5,626 nucleotides of DNA from Candidatus Saccharimonadota bacterium (lineage in GTDB: Bacteria; Pseudomonadota; Gammaproteobacteria; Enterobacterales; Enterobacteriaceae). Position 1 is the stretch's first letter, and each line of letters starts with the position of its first letter. The position numbers were made by a program, and so were the translations under genes. Shown here piece by piece: positions 1-5,624 of the stretch. Location of the stretch: the NCBI GenBank assembly GCA_002688505.1, contig CP024013.1:265550-271175 (forward strand), given 5' to 3'. Under the pieces are notes generated by a model. The model was given only the letters and a program-made list of their open reading frames with translations. It had not been told where the DNA came from and ran no database searches.

Positions 1-77
1 AATATAAATATTTTAACACTTAAATTACTAAGTGGATCTTTTATGTATGATACAATAAATTATTTATATGAATAAAA
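1..77. repeat. Terminal direct repeat, copy 1 (circular-assembly overlap). It also holds a duplicate image of the last 25 codons of the rhamnogalacturonan lyase gene.
   Basis: Read directly: 1..77 (aatataaatattttaacacttaaattactaagtggatcttttatgtatgatacaataaattatttatatgaataaaa) is identical to 5550..5626. An exact repeat flush with both window ends marks a circular contig; 77 is a common de Bruijn k-mer size. Confidence 0.93.
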
Positions 78-1247
78 TTTTTTTTCTTTAAATAAATATA
101 TAAATATAATATTAAATATTATTGAACAAAATAAAGATAAAGATATTTTATAAATATTATTAAAATTTAAAATATATACTATTAATGAAATAATTATAAT
201 TAATATATCTTTTATGTTTATATTTTTAATTAATATATTAAAACATGATAATAATATATTTATATATATATATAAATATATTCCATATATAAAAGAAATT
301 GGTATAATATATTTTATATAAAAAATTCTGTTAATAAAAGATAGAATTATAAATAATATAGATAAAAATATTTGTGTTATTTTAATTGTTTTATTATTAT
401 ATAATATTTTATTATTAATATTATTTTCACTAAGTGTATTAGGAATTGATCCAAATAATGATGAAATAATAATTATAATGCTATTAGAAAAAAATGATTT
501 TTTTAATTGTTCAATAAATTTAATATAATTATTTTTATTTAAATTTAATATTGTTATATATGAAATATGTTCTATTAATAATATAATTATAATTGGAAAA
601 ATAAATATTATAGATTTTATATTAAAATTATACTTATATATAAAAGGTAATTTAAATATTTGTAATCTTTTATTATCAAATATATTAATTTTAAAAGATT
701 TAGATATTATATAATTTATTAAAATACTAAAAATAGTAAATATTTCTATTTTTATATTTTTAAATAAATATTTAAATATTATTAAAATTAAAGTTGTTAG
801 TATAATAATAATATTTAATAAATTATTATTATTTTTAATATTTAAAAAAAATATTTTATATAGAATTTTAAAAAATTCAAATATTATTAAAATAATATTT
901 GTAATAATAATTGATTTAGGAAAAATTAAATTAATTTTAATTAAATTTATATTATTTAAATATATACTAAATAAATAAAATGCTATACCTAAAAACATAA
1001 ATCCACTAAATATAAAATTATATTTATAATTAAAATTATATAACATTAATATTATTGGTATAAATAATATATTTTTTTCTAAATATATAGGCAATATATT
1101 ATTATTATTTAATATTAAATATATTAACATACTTATTCCATTAAATAATATTAAATTTGATATTTCTATATTTAATATAGATGATAACATAATATTATTT
1201 ATAAAATTAATAATTATTTGTTCTAATATATATAAAACTAATTTCAT
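60..1247 (-). CDS. uraA: NCS2-family nucleobase:cation symporter, uracil permease (UraA/PyrP)-like polytopic membrane protein, 395 aa
   Basis: A 395-codon open frame in DNA that is over 90% AT in sampled stretches, where TAA/TAG should occur every few codons by chance. The protein is almost entirely I/L/F/N/K/Y with many hydrophobic segments. Blocks match E. coli UraA as I recall it: ILFNGISMLIYL...ILPIYL vs LLFNGIGTLLYL...IPAYL; IFPK vs LFPP; LLIEHISY vs VIAEHVGH; KSFFSNS....SSLFGSIPNTLSENN vs RSMFANG....SGFFGSTPNTTYGENIG. The spacing between the EH and G-S-x-P-N-T blocks is the same (40 residues). An in-frame TAA lies 4 codons upstream of the ATG at 1247, so that is the first possible Met. 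Stop TAA at 60..62. No Trp codons. Confidence 0.75.
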   Translation of the reverse strand: MKLVLYILEQIIINFINNIMLSSILNIEISNLILFNGISMLIYLILNNNNILPIYLEKNILFIPIILMLYNFNYKYNFIFSGFMFLGIAFYLFSIYLNNINLIKINLIFPKSIIITNIILIIFEFFKILYKIFFLNIKNNNNLLNIIIILTTLILIIFKYLFKNIKIEIFTIFSILINYIISKSFKINIFDNKRLQIFKLPFIYKYNFNIKSIIFIFPIIIILLIEHISYITILNLNKNNYIKFIEQLKKSFFSNSIIIIISSLFGSIPNTLSENNINNKILYNNKTIKITQIFLSILFIILSFINRIFYIKYIIPISFIYGIYLYIYINILLSCFNILIKNINIKDILIIIISLIVYILNFNNIYKISLSLFCSIIFNIIFIYLFKEKKFYSYK

Positions 1248-1375
1248 ATTTAAATTATTTTAATAAAAATTAAGTTAAATTTTTTTAAACATTAAAACTT
1301 TTAATATTTATTTAATTTAATATTATATAATTAATAAAATTTAAAATCATTTTAATTATTTAAATTATATATATT
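1248..1375. promoter_or_regulatory. Divergent intergenic region that presumably holds the permease and repA promoters
   Basis: A 128-bp spacer between divergently oriented start codons (1247 minus, 1376 plus). TATAAT at 1326..1331 sits about 45 nt upstream of repA, but such hexamers are common here. No Shine-Dalgarno sequence precedes either gene. Confidence 0.3.
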
Positions 1376-2245
1376 ATGACATTAAATAAATTGAATATCA
1401 AATTTTTAAAAAAAAAAATAAATGCTAAAAAAAATATTGATTCTATGAGTGCTTTAGAAAGTAATTCTATAGGATATATTACTAGTATTTTAGCTTGCGC
1501 TTCAATACCTCATTCTAAAATAGAAAAAAGTTATTTTAAAAGAAGTAATGGAAAAACATCTTTAAAAATTATTTCAGATCCTGAATATGGTTTACCATAT
1601 GGTGTTGTGCCTAGAATATTAATGATTTGATTATGTACAGAAGTAAAGTTTAAAAAATCAAATATTATATATTTAGGAAAAAATCAAAATGAATTTATTA
1701 AAAAATTAGGAATCATACCTACAGGCGGAGTTAATGGATCTATAGCTAGAATAAAAAAACAAGTTACAAGATTATTTCATTCTACTATATCTCTTAGTGA
1801 CAATAGAAAAAATTCACATAAATTTATAAATTTAACAATAGTAGATAATGGTATTATTTGAAATAATCAAAAAAAAAGAATAGATTGAAATAATAAAATT
1901 ATTTTATCAAAAAAATTCTTTAGTAAAATTAATTCTACTTCTCTTCCTATTGATCTTAGAGTTATACGTGTACTTAGATCCCCATTGGCTATAGATATAT
2001 ATATATGATTAACTTGAAGATCAAGAATGGTTAAAAAAGGAGATAGTGTTTTAATTTCTTGAGAGAAATTAAAATTACAATTTGGTTCTAATTATTGTAA
2101 TTCTATTAAAGGTCTTCATAATTTCAAAAGAGAATTTTTGAAACAATTGAAAATTGTTTGTTTCCTTTATTCGCAAATAAATATTGAAGTACTTAATTGT
2201 GGTTTAAAAATAAATTATAGTAATTCTCATATTCCTTCATATTAA
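1376..2245 (+). CDS. repA: Plasmid replication initiator, RepA_C family (plasmid-encoded RepA), 289 aa under code 4
   Basis: The frame is continuous from ATG 1376 to TAA 2243..2245 if six in-frame TGA codons (1628, 1859, 1886, 2006, 2015, 2060) are read as Trp. No TAA/TAG occurs in frame (checked codon by codon). The translation carries the family-typical string GLPYGVVPRILMIWLCTEV..S..I.LG.NQNEFIKKLGI.PTGG.NGSI.R.K.Q..RLF...I plus LPIDLRVIRVLR-SPLAIDIYIWLTWR and ISWEKLKLQFG.NY. The recoded TGAs fall where this family has conserved Trp (IYxWLxxR). Confidence 0.9.
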
Positions 2246-2258
2246 TTTTAGTTTTTTA

Positions 2259-2271
2259 TTTTTTTTTTTTT
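2259..2271. repeat. Homopolymer T13 tract just downstream of the repA stop
   Basis: Read directly: gttttttaTTTTTTTTTTTTTattag. It is the longest homopolymer I noted in the window. Confidence 0.9.
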
Positions 2272-2293
2272 ATTAGAAAAAATTTCTTTTGTT

Positions 2294-2355
2294 TTATTAT
2301 ATATATATGTTATTATATATATGTGTATTATTATATACATGTATATTATACATGT
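2294..2355 (+). repeat. Four imperfect tandem direct repeats (core TATTATATA[T/C]ATGT), iteron-like; candidate RepA-binding or origin element
   Basis: Read directly: TTATTATATATATATGT (2294..2310), TATTATATATATGT (2311..2324), TATTATATACATGT (2329..2342), TATATTATACATGT (2342..2355). Period is about 13-18 bp. It includes the 10-bp palindrome ATACATGTAT (2336..2345). It lies in the largest non-coding stretch, directly after repA. Confidence 0.45.
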
Positions 2356-2506
2356 TTAAAACAATATTTTTATTAAATATAATAAATAAATAAAAGGCTA
2401 ATATGTTAGGGAGATTGTAATTATTTATTAATTAGTCAATAGTTTATTCATTTTGATATAGTATTTATTTGTACATATCTATAATTTATTTATTATTAAA
2501 TTATTG

Positions 2507-2535
2507 AATTTAAATTAATAAATTTAATTTAAATT
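2507..2535. repeat. 12-bp perfect inverted repeat (aatttaaattaa / ttaatttaaatt) with a 5-nt spacer
   Basis: Read directly: 2507..2518 is the reverse complement of 2524..2535. It is all A/T, so its statistical weight is modest. Confidence 0.3.
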
Positions 2536-2629
2536 GTATTTAATTTTTGTATAATTTTTTTAAGATTTTAAATATATTTTTAAAATTATTTTTAATCTAA
2601 AATTTTAGTTAACATAAAAGTTAATTTAT

Positions 2630-2634
2630 AGGTG
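2630..2634 (+). promoter_or_regulatory. Shine-Dalgarno-like ribosome-binding site (AGGTG) for the polygalacturonase gene
   Basis: AGGTG lies 4 nt upstream of ATG 2639 and matches the 3' half of the canonical AAGGAGGTG. G-rich pentamers are rare in this sequence, and none of the other three genes has one. Confidence 0.6.
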
Positions 2635-2638
2635 TTTT

Positions 2639-2719
2639 ATGATAAAAAATGTTCGTTTATATATAACAAATTTATTTTGTATATTAAGTTTAGTTTTAGG
2701 TTTAAATACATCTTTTGCT
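2639..2719 (+). other. Sec-type signal peptide of the polygalacturonase (predicted cleavage after SFA, before SGDT)
   Basis: MIKNVRLYITNLFCILSLVLGLNTSFA|SG has a basic n-region (K3, R6), a hydrophobic core, and a small-x-small (S-F-A) cleavage motif. It aligns with the PehA signal peptide end (SAWA|SDS) from memory. The four Cys positions corresponding to the two PehA disulfides are retained (ESC...DYC, KKC...NGC). Confidence 0.75.
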
Positions 2720-3904
2720 TCAGGAGATACAAGAAATGTAAAAGAACCTTCTATACCTGAAAGTTGTGTAACTTTAAAAGCTAATAATAAGAATTTGACT
2801 ACAACTATACAAAATCAATTAGATTATTGTGCATCTTTTAAAAAAGTTGTAAAATTAGATTTATCTAATAATAAAAATTTTCATTTTTATTCAGGGCCAT
2901 TAAATATTCCATCACACGGTGGATTATTAATTAGTAAAGGTGTTGTTTTATCAGCTATACCTGATCCTTTATTGTATGATACAGGTAATAAAAAATGTGG
3001 TACTATAGATAATAATGGAAATGGATGTAAACCTTTTATAAATGTTAAAAATACTGAAAATAGTGGTATATATGGTGAAGGTACTATAGATGGACAAGGT
3101 AATTCTATTATAAAAGGAACTAAAAAAACTTGGTGAAATTTATCTAGTGAAGCTCAAAAATTAAATAAATCACAAAATGTACCTAGATTAATAGAAATTA
3201 GAAATTCAAAGAATTTTACTATTTATAAAATTTCTTTAAAAAATTCACCTAATTTTCATGTAGCTATGGGTAATGTTAATGGTTTTACTGCATGAAATGT
3301 AAAAATTAATACTCCTGCTGATGCTCGTAATACTGATGGAATAGATCCTGGATCTTCAACTAATATTACTATAGCTCATTCATATATAAGTACTGGAGAT
3401 GATAATATAGCTATTAAAGCTGGTAATGGTCCTACATCTCATGTATCTATATTAAATAACTTTTTTGGTAAAGGTCATGGAATGTCTATAGGTAGTGAAA
3501 CTTCAGGATCAGTAACAGATGTAATTGTAGATAATTTAACAATGGATGGTACTACTAATGGATTACATATAAAAAGTAGTAAAGCAAATGGTGGTTTAGT
3601 TAGTAATATTACATATAAAAATGTTTGTATAAAAAATGTACAATACCCAATTTTATTGGATATGTTCTATCAAAAAATTAATAAAGGAAATAAAATTCCT
3701 CAATTTAAAAATATACATTTTGATAATGTAAAAATATTAACTCCTGGTAAATTTATTTTTAAAGGTCTTAAAGATAATAATATACAAGTTACATTTAATA
3801 ATGTAAGTATTAAGAAAGGATCTGTAATAGAAGAAGAATATTTAACTAAGACAGGTTCAATGAATGAAAATTCTACAGGTAATATTTGTCCTAATTATCA
3901 ATAG
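2639..3904 (+). CDS. pehA: GH28 endo-polygalacturonase (pectinase), PehA-like, 421 aa under code 4
   Basis: The ORF-track fragments 2639..3136 and 3482..3904 share one frame. They join into a continuous frame when TGA 3134 and TGA 3293 are read as Trp, with no in-frame TAA/TAG until TAG 3902..3904. All four GH28 signature motifs are present in order: ARNTDGIDPG, STGDDNIAIK, GKGHGMSIGSE, and NGLHIKS (RIK motif with R>H). The sequence is collinear with Pectobacterium PehA as I recall it: SGDTRNVKEPSIPESCVTLKA vs SDSRTVSEPKTPSSCTTLKA; TWWNL vs SWWEL; NVPRLIEIRNSKNFTIYKISLKNSPNFHV vs NTPRLIQINKSKNFTLYNVSLINSPNFHV; GFTAWN vs GFTAWK. Both recoded TGAs align to PehA Trp residues. Confidence 0.95.
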
Positions 3905-3910
3905 TTTTTT

Positions 3911-3950
3911 AATTATAATTTAACCTATATATATAGGTTAAATTATAATT
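3911..3950. terminator. Perfect 40-bp palindrome (20+20) between the two pectinase genes; hairpin that is a candidate intrinsic terminator, attenuator or RNA-processing site
   Basis: Read directly: aattataatttaacctatat (3911..3930) is the exact reverse complement of atataggttaaattataatt (3931..3950). It begins 7 nt after the polygalacturonase stop and is followed by ttatatattt. It ends 21 nt before the lyase ATG. Confidence 0.55.
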
Positions 3951-3971
3951 TTATATATTTATGTTATTATT

Positions 3972-5624
3972 ATGAATAAACAAGATATTAAATTAGAAAT
4001 TAATGGTTTAAATTTAATTATTAAAAATAAATTTTTTAAAGTTTATATATATAATTCATATGTTATTAAAATTTTAGTAGATAATGTAAACTTAATAAAT
4101 AATTTAAATGGTAAAAAAACATTTTATTTAGATTGAAATGGCGGTAAATTTATATTTAAACCTAAAAATTTATTTGTATTAAAATATTCAAATAATATTA
4201 TACATGTAATGTATAATATGTTTTTATATGATAAATGTGAGATACAATATCACTATATTTTTAAAAATAATTTATTTGGAATATATAATTATGTAGTTAT
4301 TAATAATTTAAATATAAATATTTCATATAAATTTAGTGAAATAAGAACTGTATATCGCTTTGATTATGAAATAATGAATATGTTATATAATGGTTTATTA
4401 ATACATAAATCATATCTTTATAATTTTTTAAATAAACAAATATTAGTTCAAGATGAAACATGACAATTAAAAGATGGAACTTATTATTCTAAATATGACT
4501 TAGCTGGTTATATAAGAGATACTAATTTTTATGGTATTTATGGTAATAAATATGGTGCTTGAATTATGAATTTTAGTAATGAATATTTTTCAGGAGGTCC
4601 TTTAAAACAAGATTTATTAGTACATCAAGATTCTTTAATTTTAAATTACTTAAATAGTACTCATTTTGGTACTAAAGAATTAATTATACCTAAATATAAA
4701 TGATCTAAAATGTACGGTCCTTGATTAATTTATTTTAATAAAGGTAAAGATATTAATTTAATTTCAGATGCAAATATGTTTTTTAATATCGAAAAAAATA
4801 ATTGACCTTTTAATTGAATAAATGATAAAAATTATCCAATTATAAGATCTACATTAAAAGGTAAATTAAAAAATGTAAAAAATTTATATAAAATTGTTTT
4901 ATGTTCTTCTATTAATGAAGAATTCGATTTTCAAACTTTAGGTTATTTATACAATACAAATTCATTAAATGATGGAACTTTTATAATAAAAAATATTAGA
5001 CCTAATATTTATAATTTATATATATATCCTATAAATGGATATGACTGTAATTTTTTATTTAAAAAAAAAATAAATATTAAATATAATTTGAATTTAGGAA
5101 TATTAGATATAAATGAAAATTTACTAAATAAAAAATTAATTTGAAATATTGGAGAAACAAATCGTAAATCAGATAAATTTAAATATAGTAGTAAAAATAG
5201 AAATTATATTTGACATACATTAGTACCTTCAAATATAAATTTTTATATTTATAAAAAAAATAATATTAAAAAAAATTGATATTATGCTCAAACTAAAAGA
5301 GGTAAATGAAATATATATTTTTACGATAAAATAGATAATAAAAATAGAATACTAAATATAGGTATATCAGGAGTTAGTTCTAATATTTTAGAAAAAAATA
5401 TTAATAAACCTAAATTAGAAATATATTTAAATAATATTTTATTAAATGTACTTTCATATGAAAATGATAAATCAATATATAGAGGTGCTTTAAATAGTGG
5501 TAATTTTTATAGTAAAAAAATATTTATATCAAAAAAATTAATAATAAATAATATAAATATTTTAACACTTAAATTACTAAGTGGATCTTTTATGTATGAT
5601 ACAATAAATTATTTATATGAATAA
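3972..5624 (+). CDS. PL4-family rhamnogalacturonan lyase (RG-I endolyase, RhiE-like), 550 aa under code 4, no signal peptide
   Basis: I checked all 551 codons from ATG 3972 to TAA 5622..5624. There are 11 in-frame TGA codons (4134, 4461, 4560, 4701, 4722, 4803, 4815, 5142, 5211, 5277, 5307) and no TAA/TAG. The ORF-track fragment 4209..4463 is an internal piece. The translation shows PL4-like blocks: YFSGGPLKQDL (cf. SSGGPFHRDI in Aspergillus RGL4), LNYLNSTHFGT, WSKMYGPWLIYFNKG, a mid-domain FIIKNIRPNIYNLYIY (fn3-like), and WNIGETNRKSDKF (cf. IGEWDG). The C-terminal jelly-roll ends SIYRGALNSG...LLSGSFMYDTINYLYE (cf. ...MYDY.RLE). Confidence 0.88.

Noticed and set aside
1-75. An apparent extra partial gene encoding ...NNINILTLKLLSGSFMYDTINYLYE* at the start of the window
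   Set aside because: It is the same DNA as 5550..5624, duplicated by the 77-nt circular overlap, and not a second copy or gene fragment.
1248-1368. 11-bp direct repeat ATTTAAATTAT next to both divergent start codons (1248..1258 and 1358..1368)
   Set aside because: In essentially two-letter (A/T) sequence an 11-mer match within a 128-bp region is expected by chance several times over, so it is not evidence for a shared operator.
2403-2420. Mini-ORF atg tta ggg aga ttg taa (MLGRL) in the G-richest patch of the repA-downstream spacer
   Set aside because: It is too short to support as a CDS and has no RBS. The G-rich patch is kept only as part of the candidate origin/regulatory region.
2480-2555. 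Perfect TATAAT hexamers (2480..2485, 2550..2555; also 1326..1331) as defined -10 promoter elements
   Set aside because: TATAAT-like strings are frequent at this AT content. No -35 (TTGACA-like) box lies at 16-18 bp spacing: TTGATA at 2453 is 21 bp away and TTGTAT at 2534 is 10 bp away. Promoters cannot be assigned from sequence alone.
3961-3996. ATG at 3961 as an alternative upstream start for the lyase
   Set aside because: It is in a different frame from 3972: atg tta tta tta tga ata aac aag ata tta aat tag. It terminates at TAG after 11 codons.
1376-4463. ORF-track entries 1376..1630, 2639..3136, 3482..3904 and 4209..4463 as four separate small proteins, or as pseudogene fragments
   Set aside because: Each ends at TGA or starts at an internal Met, and each continues in the same frame with clear homology on both sides. 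They are pieces of three full-length genes read under code 4, so pseudogenisation is not supported.
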